Shown: piece by piece, positions 10,629 through 19,621 of the stretch
Layout: each line of letters begins with the position of its first letter
Position numbering within the stretch: position 1 is the first letter of the stretch
DNA from: an uncultured bacterium
Lineage (GTDB): Bacteria; Verrucomicrobiota; Verrucomicrobiia; Verrucomicrobiales; DEV007
Length of the DNA: 64,000 bases
Assembly: GCA_963977015.1 (NCBI GenBank)
Contig: CAXBMO010000008.1
Span: 128,001 to 192,000, forward strand
Direction of reading: 5' to 3'
The notes under the pieces: generated by a model
The model's database searches: none
What the model saw: the letters and a program-made list of their open reading frames with translations, nothing else
What the model was told of the DNA's origin: nothing
Position numbers and translations under genes: made by a program

Positions 10629-11255
10629 ATGACGAAACGCCCTATAACCACCAAGCAGGATCACGAATCAGGTTTCTCCCTGGTCGAGCTCTTGGTTGTT
10701 CTCACTATCATCGGCATTTTGACTTCGATTCTGCTGCCAACAGGGCACCAAATCATGAAGCAAATGCGCAAAACAGAAGCTCAGAAAACGGCCGTGGAAT
10801 TGCGGACCGCGATTATGAACTATTATAGCGAATACAAGCGCTATCCCCCAGTGCAGGGCACCACTTCCGGCGGAGACACGCAGGTGGAAACTTCAGGTCA
10901 GAATGGACTGATTGCCGGGTTGATGGCTGCCCCGGACAGCAGTTACACGGAGACGATCAATCGCCGACGCATCCTTTTCTTCAGCAGTCGCAAGGCCAAG
11001 CGCCCTGGAATGTCGGGGATTTACAAGGAGGGAAGCGGGTATGCGCTTTACGATCCGTTCTTTGACGCCAACGGAAGTCCCTCGAACTACTTCCACGTGA
11101 TCTTTGATTCGAACTACGACAACGTCATCGAAGTTCCCGATCGCACCGGAAGTGGCACCGAAGAACTCTTCGCGGGTGCCGCCGTTTGGTCGTATGGCCC
11201 GAATGGAGAGGCCGGCTCGACGAAAGGCAAGAACGACGACGTTTTCGCCTACTAA
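10629..11255 (+). CDS. Prepilin-type N-terminal cleavage/methylation protein (pseudopilin)
   Basis: G|FSLVELLVVLTIIGIL class III signal; C-terminal WSYGPNG and DP motifs of GspG-like pseudopilins. Confidence 0.88.
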   Translation: MTKRPITTKQDHESGFSLVELLVVLTIIGILTSILLPTGHQIMKQMRKTEAQKTAVELRTAIMNYYSEYKRYPPVQGTTSGGDTQVETSGQNGLIAGLMAAPDSSYTETINRRRILFFSSRKAKRPGMSGIYKEGSGYALYDPFFDANGSPSNYFHVIFDSNYDNVIEVPDRTGSGTEELFAGAAVWSYGPNGEAGSTKGKNDDVFAY

Positions 11256-11289
11256 ACGGCAGAACCTCGAGCGGTAACTTTTTCCAACG

Positions 11290-11321
11290 CGCCCCGGGGA
11301 GAAATCCTCGGGGCGTTTTTT
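11290..11321 (+). terminator. Rho-independent terminator
   Basis: Stem cgccccgggga / tcctcggggcg with GAAA loop followed by TTTTTT, between convergent genes. Confidence 0.8.
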
Positions 11322-11324
11322 GTG

Positions 11325-12782
11325 TTACTCGGGAATCTCGTTCAGCGTGTAGTAGCCGACTGTGTGGAGCAGATTCTGACCATCAGTGTTCTTGAGGCCG
11401 TCCATTTTCAGCTCGTGGACGTGTCCCTTGGTCATGGGCTCCACCGTGATCCGCAGGGTCTTGCCATCGTCGCTCAGGCTGGAGACGGAAACGGTTGGCT
11501 GGAGTTTGTCGACCTCCGGTGACCCGTAACCCGGGCGATACTGGTAAGTGTAGGCACTCATCGAAAGGCTGGCATCGACCGCGCTGGCGGCGTCGACCGG
11601 CTTGGTGAAGGTCAATTCGAACCCATCGGGCTTGGCGCGCATTTCGTGAACTTCGAATGGCACCTCGCCGGTCCAGCTTACGCGTTCAAAATTGTAGGGC
11701 TGACCTCCGCGTGCTCCCCAACCGCGATTCGATCCGCCGGTGAAAATCACCCCGCTCTCGTGGAGGCGCACCCCAATCAGTCCGCTTTTGAACCCGCTCA
11801 GGAAGTGGAACGCGGCACCTTGCCAAACGCCGTTCACCTTCTCCAAAAAGCAGCGTTGGATCTGGGAATGCGTCTGTTCCCCCACAAAAACCTGTCCCGC
11901 AAAGGGGCCAAACTTTCCGTTGGTGTCATCCAGAACGACTCCGGTTGGTGACTGGCCGATCTTGCCATGGGGCAACATCACGACCGGTGGCACGTAGGTT
12001 GGGATCTTCTCGCGTTCGACCACGGTGCGGCCTTCATCGCTCGCCATCGGGAACGGTGGCTCTTCGCCAATGGCTCCATCGGCAAATTCGAACCAAATGT
12101 TTCCATTCGGGTTGCCTTGAAACGACCCCACGGAGGCGTGCTTCAAGGAACTGGAGCCATTCCACGCTCCCTGGTTGTCGGTGTAGAACACTTCATCTTC
12201 GGGGCCGAACCCGATTCCGCCGGGGGAGCGAACACCACACGCGGTTGGCGTCATTGTTCCGTCCTCATTCACCCGCAAAACCCAGCCGCGGAATTTCGAT
12301 TCGCTCGTAAACGAACCGGTCAGGCAAAGCACCGTCCAGATATTGCCTTCGTCGTCGAACCGGGAGCCAAACGCGTATTCGTGGTAGTTCCCGTTGATGC
12401 CCCATTCCGCGCTCACCGTCTCGAAAATGTCGGCGCGGCCGTCGCCGTCCTTGTCCTTGATCCGACTCACTTCGGGCCGCTGCGTCACGTAAAGCCAATC
12501 ATCCCGCCAAGCCAGACCGAGGGGCTCGTGAAGATAACGCGCGAACAATTTCCAATCCGCCTTTGCGGGATCTCCGAACGCGTTGCCGACGCTCCAGACC
12601 TCACCGCGGCGGGTGCAGAGATAGACGCGCCCATCCGGGCCAAAATCGACGCCGCCAACCTCGATTGCCGCGCCTTCCGGCGTTTCGAACGGTGTGATCG
12701 TGTAGTAGTCGGACTCTTCCTGAGCCTGTGCCAAACCGGCGAGGCAGAATCCGAGGGCGAGGAGGGGTAATTTAAAGTGCAT
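11325..12782 (-). CDS. Secreted beta-propeller protein (PVC-type, sorbosone-dehydrogenase-like fold)
   Basis: Signal peptide MHFKLPLLALGFCLAGLAQA; HEPLGL, DKDGDGRAD, HEYAFG, GVRSPGG, DNQG, GPFAGQ repeats. Confidence 0.7.
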   Translation of the reverse strand: MHFKLPLLALGFCLAGLAQAQEESDYYTITPFETPEGAAIEVGGVDFGPDGRVYLCTRRGEVWSVGNAFGDPAKADWKLFARYLHEPLGLAWRDDWLYVTQRPEVSRIKDKDGDGRADIFETVSAEWGINGNYHEYAFGSRFDDEGNIWTVLCLTGSFTSESKFRGWVLRVNEDGTMTPTACGVRSPGGIGFGPEDEVFYTDNQGAWNGSSSLKHASVGSFQGNPNGNIWFEFADGAIGEEPPFPMASDEGRTVVEREKIPTYVPPVVMLPHGKIGQSPTGVVLDDTNGKFGPFAGQVFVGEQTHSQIQRCFLEKVNGVWQGAAFHFLSGFKSGLIGVRLHESGVIFTGGSNRGWGARGGQPYNFERVSWTGEVPFEVHEMRAKPDGFELTFTKPVDAASAVDASLSMSAYTYQYRPGYGSPEVDKLQPTVSVSSLSDDGKTLRITVEPMTKGHVHELKMDGLKNTDGQNLLHTVGYYTLNEIPE

Positions 12783-12879
12783 GGGGATGATTTTGGAAAA
12801 ATGAGATGAACGGCAACGTCGGTAAAAAGGGATTCGCGGGATCAATCTGGTATCCGATGGTGTTGTGGTGGAGGCGTCC

Positions 12880-14541
12880 CTATTGGGCGGCGGAAACCTT
12901 GCCGCCGACGGCTTGGTTCCAGGAATAGGTGACCGTAAGGCTGGACGGCCCGGCGATCTCCACGAGCAGCTCCTTGCCGTTGCGCAGTTTCGGCGTCGCG
13001 CCCTCGATCTTGATTTTGGCGCCGGCACCGAGCGGATACCAGCCGTCAACCGGCTCGCCGGAAACGGTGTTGGCCAGGCGAAGATGGGTCCCCGGTTTGG
13101 CGCTTCCGGCAAAGGTCAGGTTGCGCGTAACCGCCTCAACGCCTTCGAATCCTGCCGGATCGAAGCGATCCTCGATCTTCAAGTCCTGGAAATCGTAACG
13201 GAAGGTGGGGAAACGCTTTTCATCCAATTCATACCCGCGAAACCGGTAGTCTGGATGGCGATGGATGAAGGTTTTGATCGTATTGCGTTCTGCGGGCGGC
13301 TTGTCGCGATCATAGGCGACCTTGCCTTCGAATCTGGCGATCCAGGTTTCGCCTTCGTCCTTCAGAACCTGGAGCGGAAGGCCCGGGCCAGGTTTCAACA
13401 CGTCATACCCGGCCGGGGGCTGGTTTCCCTGTCCGCGATTGGTCCAGTGTCGGCTTGCATCCATGAAGCCACCGCGCCAAACCATGGCCACGTTCATCAC
13501 ATCGGCATCCCAACAGATATTGACACCGCCCGGATATCCCACGGCAATGCCGCGTGGATTGGCGCCTTCGATGAAGTTGCGGTAAAGCACGGCCTCGCCC
13601 GGATTTTCGCTCGTCAGCATGATCGGATCAGGCACGGGCTTGGCGGCTTTGGCTTTGACGACGGAATTGGTGAGCGGGACGTTGTTCAGACCGGGGCCAT
13701 TGACGGCCAGGGAAAGTCCGGTGTGTCCGGCCTTGTCGAAGTAGCGCAGCTCAAAGGTGTGCTCGCCCTCCTGGAGCTTGACCTTGCCTTTCTGGACGGA
13801 GCCCATCGCATGAATGCCGTCGTGATCGACGACGCCCTCGCCATCAATCACGAGCCGCGATCCATCGTCGGATGTGAGGAGAAACTCGTAGTTGCCTTCC
13901 TTCTCCAGGATCAATTTGCCGCTAAAGACGATCCCGAAGCCGTTTTTCTTCTTCGCGACGCTGATGTCGGCCAATCCGCCGGGAAGCTCACCGGTTGCCT
14001 TGGGCTCGAGCGCGGAAAAATCGGGCAGCTTGCCCCAATCCCCTTCGTAGTAGGCGTATTTGAGGTCGTGAACAATCTCCTTCTTCTGGCGAACCTTCAT
14101 CTTGCCATTCATGAGCAGGGAATGGCCGGGAACGGTGCAGACATAGGGATAGTCGCCCACCTCGGAAGGGGCGACGAAGTAGAGATCCTCCGTTTCGTGG
14201 GGATTCAGCAGCTTGCTGGCCACCAGAATCTGGCTGTGATCGGTCTGAACCCAGCCTTTCTCGATTCCCGCCTCGCCCATGTTCCACATTTCCATGGCAA
14301 ACTTGGAGGCATCGCTGCCTTTGGTCAGGGCGACGAGATTGTGCTGGAGATCGTCGTCGTTGACGAGAGAAACCTTGATCCGGGCACCGGGCTCCACCTC
14401 GAAATCCTTCAAGTCGTAGCGCATTTGGCCAATCAACGTCTTGATCGTGATTTGTTGATCGGGATTGCCGGACCATTCCGGGGGTTCAGCCTGAGCCAGA
14501 GACAGGCTGAGGAGGAGGGGTAGCAGGAGGCGGGTCATCAT
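12880..14541 (-). CDS. Secreted cupredoxin (azurin/auracyanin-like) + PA14 domain protein
   Basis: Type-1 copper ligands HNLV...CTVPGHSLLM; PA14 signature YEFLLTSDDGSRL.IDG..VVDHDG.H. Confidence 0.8.
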   Translation of the reverse strand: MMTRLLLPLLLSLSLAQAEPPEWSGNPDQQITIKTLIGQMRYDLKDFEVEPGARIKVSLVNDDDLQHNLVALTKGSDASKFAMEMWNMGEAGIEKGWVQTDHSQILVASKLLNPHETEDLYFVAPSEVGDYPYVCTVPGHSLLMNGKMKVRQKKEIVHDLKYAYYEGDWGKLPDFSALEPKATGELPGGLADISVAKKKNGFGIVFSGKLILEKEGNYEFLLTSDDGSRLVIDGEGVVDHDGIHAMGSVQKGKVKLQEGEHTFELRYFDKAGHTGLSLAVNGPGLNNVPLTNSVVKAKAAKPVPDPIMLTSENPGEAVLYRNFIEGANPRGIAVGYPGGVNICWDADVMNVAMVWRGGFMDASRHWTNRGQGNQPPAGYDVLKPGPGLPLQVLKDEGETWIARFEGKVAYDRDKPPAERNTIKTFIHRHPDYRFRGYELDEKRFPTFRYDFQDLKIEDRFDPAGFEGVEAVTRNLTFAGSAKPGTHLRLANTVSGEPVDGWYPLGAGAKIKIEGATPKLRNGKELLVEIAGPSSLTVTYSWNQAVGGKVSAAQ

Positions 14542-14668
14542 CGGTTCAAAACACACTTCCCAAAGGAAGGCAACTTTTCACTCAATTCGGCGGGGCGGGC
14601 TTTTGGCAAGCTTGGCGCGCTTGGGAAAGTTGGTTCTTCTTGGGGTTGATGAGCGGCTTGGACCCGGC

Positions 14669-14709
14669 TTGACATGACTTTGCCGGTATGACAGAATTCT
14701 GTCACACCG
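14669..14709 (+). promoter_or_regulatory. Sigma70-type promoter and palindromic operator of yefM-yoeB
   Basis: TTGACA (14669-14674), 17-bp spacer, CAGAAT (14692-14697). Perfect palindrome TGACAGAATTCTGTCA (14689-14704) overlaps the -10. Confidence 0.72.
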
Positions 14710-14728
14710 TAAAGAAACTGGGAAAACA

Positions 14729-14983
14729 ATGGAAATCATCAACTATACCGATGCCCGAAATTCCTTGGCCAAGTTGATGGAGACCGCCCAATCTGACCGT
14801 GAACCGGTGACGATCACGCGGAACGGAGTTGGATCAGTGGTCCTCATCGCGGCAGAGGAGTATTCGTCCATGGTCGAAACGTTGCATCTTCTTTCCACGC
14901 CTACGAATGCCGAGCGCATTCGTAGGAGCCTGGCGGATTATGAGGCGGGGAACACCGTGGATGGGGCGTTAGCCGGCGACTGA
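14729..14983 (+). CDS. yefM: Phd/YefM family antitoxin
   Basis: NYTDARNSLAKLM...DREPVTITR....VVLI..EEY.S..ETLHLL.TP.NA.R pattern. Confidence 0.93.
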   Translation: MEIINYTDARNSLAKLMETAQSDREPVTITRNGVGSVVLIAAEEYSSMVETLHLLSTPTNAERIRRSLADYEAGNTVDGALAGD

Positions 14984-14985
14984 TC

Positions 14986-15267
14986 ATGAACCTGAAATGG
15001 GTCCCCGATGCATGGGAAGACTATTTGTTTTGGCAGGAATCGGCCAGTCGCAAGAAAACGCTCGGGCGTATCAATCTTCTGATCAAGGAGATCACCCGAA
15101 CCCCGTTTACCGGATCCGGCAAACCCGAACCCCTGAAGGGAAATCTAAAAGGTTGGTGGTCGCGTCGGATCACGGCCGAACACCGGCTGGTTTACCGGGT
15201 GGACGGCACGGGCGAGGAAACCCGGACGCTGACGATTCTTCAGTGTCGATTTCACTACGATGATTAG
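14986..15267 (+). CDS. yoeB: Txe/YoeB family mRNA interferase toxin
   Basis: AWEDY.FW, GKPEPLK, WSRRI..EHRLVY, C-terminal RFHY. Confidence 0.94.
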   Translation: MNLKWVPDAWEDYLFWQESASRKKTLGRINLLIKEITRTPFTGSGKPEPLKGNLKGWWSRRITAEHRLVYRVDGTGEETRTLTILQCRFHYDD

Positions 15268-15310
15268 CCCGCTGTTCGCCGACATACCGTGAATCGTCCA
15301 GTTTAACGGC

Positions 15311-15838
15311 CTATTCGGGCGGTTTTGAACGCTCGGCGTTTTCCGGTTGATCGACGGCCGGAACTTCATGGGGGATCTCCGGCTCGCGCCGCAGCTCGAT
15401 CGCGAGGAGATCCATCTGATTTTGCCGCGTGTAGAGCACGAGGAGGCCGCGCCGACCATCCACGGGTTCCAGAGGCGTCGTCATCTGGATGCTGCCCACC
15501 AATTCGAGGTCCTCCTGGTGGACCAGCTTCGCGACCGGCTCCGTGAACCATTCCAGCGGACTCTTCATCCCGTAGGGAGCCAATTCAGCCGGGGACATCG
15601 CGGCATGCGGCGAATACACCACCGGCCAAAATTGCTTCTCCACCGTTTGCAGGAACTCGCGGGCCTGAGCTTCCGTCACCTGATGGGGCGCATCAAAGAG
15701 TTGCCGCAGATCGGTCGGTTCCCGTTCTGCCATCGCCACCAGCGTCAGGTCCACAATCTCAAGGTTATTGGGCTTGTTGGGCCAGAGACTGCAAAGTGCA
15801 ATCAGGGCGGCGATTCCGATGACAACGTATTTCCACAT
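15311..15838 (-). CDS. Hypothetical protein with N-terminal membrane anchor
   Basis: ATG at 15838 gives MWKYVVIGIAALIALCSLW followed by a soluble domain; fills the gap between yoeB and the next gene. Confidence 0.55.
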   Translation of the reverse strand: MWKYVVIGIAALIALCSLWPNKPNNLEIVDLTLVAMAEREPTDLRQLFDAPHQVTEAQAREFLQTVEKQFWPVVYSPHAAMSPAELAPYGMKSPLEWFTEPVAKLVHQEDLELVGSIQMTTPLEPVDGRRGLLVLYTRQNQMDLLAIELRREPEIPHEVPAVDQPENAERSKPPE

Positions 15839-15935
15839 GATGAACGGTGGCCGACTCTCGGCGGGAGTAACGTAGCTGCAAGTTACGGATCGTGCAGATG
15901 GACAATTCCACTTCCAGGCGCCTAGAGTGATCGCC

Positions 15936-18900
15936 ATGAAACCCCTCTTGCTGATTTGGATCGGCCTGGCCGTGGCTGCGTTTGGCCAGAACAAGGCTGA
16001 TCCGGAAGCCCCTGTCGACCTCGTCAATTCGCAAATGATGGAGGAGTGGCTCAAGCGCAAGGCGTTTGAGGCCCTGGACCGGCGTGAGGCCGAATTCGGG
16101 AAGCTTGAGGGCGCGGAGTCGTTGCGCAACTGGCAAACCGACCGCAAGCAGGCTTTTGTGAAGGCGATCGGTGGTTTTCCGGAGCGCACGCCTCTGAACC
16201 CGAAGATTACCGGGAAACTCAGCTTCGACGGATATCGGATCGAAAAGCTGCACTTCGAATCGCAGCCAGGTCTTCACGTGACGGCGAATCTCTATCTGCC
16301 GCTCGGTGACGGTCCCTTCCCGGCGGTGCTTCATCCCACGGGACACAGCGCCAGCGCCAAAAACCGCGACCTGTATCAAGAGGCATCCATCGTCATCGCG
16401 AAGGGCGGTTGCGCCGTGCTTTGCTACGACCCGGTGGGCCAGGGCGAACGTCGCCAGGTGTTGAAACCCAATGGGTCGACCTTCGGCACTACTCAGGAAC
16501 ACATGCTGATCAATCAGGGTAGCATCCTGTTGGGCACCAACACCGCTCGGACCATGATCTGGGATGGCATGCGGGCGATCGATTATCTCCAAAGCCGCCC
16601 GGACATTCTCCCTGACAAGATCGGTTGCACCGGGATCTCGGGCGGAGGGACGAATACAAGTTACCTCATGGCGCTGGACGATCGGATCGTCGCCGCCGCT
16701 CCCGGGTGTTACCTAACGGGCTTCCGTAGTCTGCTGAGCACAATCGGAGTTCAGGATGCGGAGCAGAACATTCATGGCCAACTCGCCTTTGGGATGGATC
16801 ACGCCGACTACGTCATCATGCGCGCGCCCAAGCCGACGCTCATCATGGCCGCAACCGAAGACTACTTCGGCATTGATGGCGCCCGCGATGTGTTTCGGCA
16901 GGCCAAGGAGTTTGCCATCAAGCTGGGATCGCCGGATTGCGTCGAGATGGTGGAGGTTGAGGCGAAGCACGGCTTTCCGCCGGAAATGCAGCTCGCCGCA
17001 GCCAACTTCTTTCGGCGCGAGTTGCTGGGAGTTGAGGAGCTGATGGCGATGCCGGAGGTGACGACTTTGCCCGAGGAGGAATTGAACGTGACGCCCAACG
17101 GTCGGGTGCTGGAGCTGAAGGGGGCGCGAACCATCTTTGAACTGAATGCCGCGAGGGAAGAGGCGCTGCCGGACCACCCATGGGACGCCGCGACGGTGCG
17201 AGAGCTGATCGGCGCGCGGAGTCCGGATGAACTCGCGAAGCCGCAAAAATGGGCGCCGGATCGGGTTCGCACGCGCTTCCCTTCCGAGCCAACCCAGGAT
17301 TCGGCGCGGCGAATCGTGCTCGACTGCGGAGACGGCATTCACCTACCCGCGAAGTTCTACTCCCGTCCCGGAGGCGCTCGTCAGCTCAAGTATGCGATTT
17401 ACCTTCACGAGAACCAGGAACTTGCGGATGTCCGTCCATTCGCGGATCAGGCCGTTGCCGTTTTGTCGGTCGACTTGCGGGGAATGGGCACGACGCGTCC
17501 CGTCGGCAAACAGCCCCATTTCGACTCCTTGCTTGGTCCCGATTGGCGGGAGACGACCATGGCGAGCCTCCTCGGAAAATCCTATGTTGGAATGCGGGTG
17601 GAGGACATCTGGCAGTGCGTGCGTTTCCTGCGTCAGGAATCCGGGTTGCCCGATCTAAAGCCCGACTTGATCGCGGTTCGCGAAGCGGGGATTCCAGCCC
17701 TGCACGCCGCGGCTCTGGAGCCGGGAATGTTCGGCAACGTGACGATCCAGGAATCCCTCGAATCGTGGGCGGATGTCGTGGGCACTCCCCTGACGGTTCG
17801 CCGACAAGCGGGATTGGTTCACGGAGCCTTGCCCCATTACGATCTTCCCGATCTCGCCGCCAGCTTGGGCGATCGGCTGACCATGATTCGTCCCCTTCGC
17901 GCGGATGGAGCCATCTCCCCGCCGTCCGTTGTTCATCGGGCCATCGGCAAACAGGGCGCGGTCGCAACGGCGCATCCCCTGGCGACGCGGGCCGCGCTGA
18001 ACATTCTGAAGAGCGGTGGAAACGCGATCGACGCCGCTGTCACGGCCGGACTGACGCTCGGGGTGGTGGACGGCCACAACAGCGGAATCGGCGGTGGCTG
18101 CTTCATGCTGATTCGCTCTCCGGACGGGGCCGTTTTGGCCCTCGACGGTCGCGAAATGGCACCTGCTGCGGCGCATCGCGACATGTTTGTGAACGCGGCG
18201 GGCGAAGTCGATACGGATGGAAGCAAGACCGGTGCGTTGGCGTCGGGAATCCCCGGTTCACTCGCCGTCTACGACTTTGTCTTGCGGAAATTCGGCATGC
18301 GCACCCTGGCAGATTGCCTTGAACCGGGAATCGCGATCGCGGACAGCGGGTTTCCGGTGGATGCCGCTTGGGCGCGAAAGGCGTTGAGCAACCGCGGGCA
18401 CTTCGCGCGATTTGAGCACCCGGCGAAAGTCCTGATGCCGAACGGCGAGCCGCTCAAGGCGGGAGACACCTTGCTCCAGCCCGAGTTGGCCCAGACCTAT
18501 CGCAGAATCGCGGAAGACGGGATCGCCCATTTCTACAACGGTCCGTTTGCGAAACAGACCGCCGCCTGGATGAAGGAGAACGGCGGGATCATCACGGCGG
18601 AGGATTTTGCGAACTATCGACTTCGCATTGGATCGCCCATCCGCTCGACCTATCGCGGCTACGAGATCTGCGGGATGCCGCCGCCGAGTTCCGGCGGTCT
18701 TCACGTCGCCCAGATTCTCAACATCATGGAACGTTTCGACGTCGCCTCCCTGGATGAAACCGACCGGACCCATCTCCTCGTCGAGGCGATGAAGCTGGCG
18801 TTCGCGGATCGGGCGCATTGGCTGGGGGATTCTGATTTCGCCCCGGTTCCCAAGAGCCTGGGCGGAAAGGAATACGCCGCCGAACTCGCGCAACGAATCA

Positions 18901-19538
18901 ATCTCGGAATCGCGACCGAGGTTCCCGGTTACTCGCTTCCGCCCGATGCGGACGAGGTTTTCGAGAAACACACCACCCACTTCACCGTCGCGGATTCGCA
19001 AGGCTGGTGGGTCGCCTGCACCGCGACGCTCAACACGTCCTTTGGCTCCAAGGTCATGATCCCGGGAACGGGCGTGATTCTCAACAACCAGATGGACGAC
19101 TTCTCCGTCCAACCCGGCGTCCCCAATGCCTTTGGCCTGGTCGGAGCCGAGGCCAACGCCATCGAGCCGGGAAAACGCCCCCTTTCCAGCATGAGCCCGA
19201 CGATCGTGCTCATGGACAGGAAGCCGGTCCTGACGGTCGGCGCAGCTGGCGGCCCCACCATCATCACCCAGGTGGTCCAGGCGATTCACCGGTATGTCGA
19301 TCTCGGGTTGCCGCTCGAGGAATGCCTCGGCCGGCCCCGCGTTCATCACCAATGGTCGCCGCAGGAAGCTTGGATCGAAGCGGGCTTTGAAGACGCCGTC
19401 ATCCAAGCCTTGCAAGAACGTGGTCATCAACTGAAAGCGAGCGGCACCGGCACCAGTCAGGCGATTCTGCTCAATTCCAATGGCGAGTTTGAAGCCGTGG
19501 CCGATCCTCGTCGTGAGGGGAGGGCGGCTGCGCGATAG
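15936..19538 (+). CDS. Fusion: secreted alpha/beta-hydrolase (acetylxylan-esterase-like) + gamma-glutamyltransferase
   Basis: N-part: FESQPG..VTANLY.P, YDPVGQGER, GISGGG nucleophile elbow. C-part: GGNAIDAA, SGIGGG, DGRE.AP, PPSSGG, HTTHF (catalytic Thr), NQMDDF, RPLSSMSP, GAAGG. Confidence 0.9.
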   Translation: MKPLLLIWIGLAVAAFGQNKADPEAPVDLVNSQMMEEWLKRKAFEALDRREAEFGKLEGAESLRNWQTDRKQAFVKAIGGFPERTPLNPKITGKLSFDGYRIEKLHFESQPGLHVTANLYLPLGDGPFPAVLHPTGHSASAKNRDLYQEASIVIAKGGCAVLCYDPVGQGERRQVLKPNGSTFGTTQEHMLINQGSILLGTNTARTMIWDGMRAIDYLQSRPDILPDKIGCTGISGGGTNTSYLMALDDRIVAAAPGCYLTGFRSLLSTIGVQDAEQNIHGQLAFGMDHADYVIMRAPKPTLIMAATEDYFGIDGARDVFRQAKEFAIKLGSPDCVEMVEVEAKHGFPPEMQLAAANFFRRELLGVEELMAMPEVTTLPEEELNVTPNGRVLELKGARTIFELNAAREEALPDHPWDAATVRELIGARSPDELAKPQKWAPDRVRTRFPSEPTQDSARRIVLDCGDGIHLPAKFYSRPGGARQLKYAIYLHENQELADVRPFADQAVAVLSVDLRGMGTTRPVGKQPHFDSLLGPDWRETTMASLLGKSYVGMRVEDIWQCVRFLRQESGLPDLKPDLIAVREAGIPALHAAALEPGMFGNVTIQESLESWADVVGTPLTVRRQAGLVHGALPHYDLPDLAASLGDRLTMIRPLRADGAISPPSVVHRAIGKQGAVATAHPLATRAALNILKSGGNAIDAAVTAGLTLGVVDGHNSGIGGGCFMLIRSPDGAVLALDGREMAPAAAHRDMFVNAAGEVDTDGSKTGALASGIPGSLAVYDFVLRKFGMRTLADCLEPGIAIADSGFPVDAAWARKALSNRGHFARFEHPAKVLMPNGEPLKAGDTLLQPELAQTYRRIAEDGIAHFYNGPFAKQTAAWMKENGGIITAEDFANYRLRIGSPIRSTYRGYEICGMPPPSSGGLHVAQILNIMERFDVASLDETDRTHLLVEAMKLAFADRAHWLGDSDFAPVPKSLGGKEYAAELAQRINLGIATEVPGYSLPPDADEVFEKHTTHFTVADSQGWWVACTATLNTSFGSKVMIPGTGVILNNQMDDFSVQPGVPNAFGLVGAEANAIEPGKRPLSSMSPTIVLMDRKPVLTVGAAGGPTIITQVVQAIHRYVDLGLPLEECLGRPRVHHQWSPQEAWIEAGFEDAVIQALQERGHQLKASGTGTSQAILLNSNGEFEAVADPRREGRAAAR

Positions 19539-19621
19539 CGAACGCCCGGTTCATCATCGTGCTGACACGAACACCCCACGCATCGCCTTGACGCCAAACC
19601 GTCGCGCCTCTACCTGTCCGC

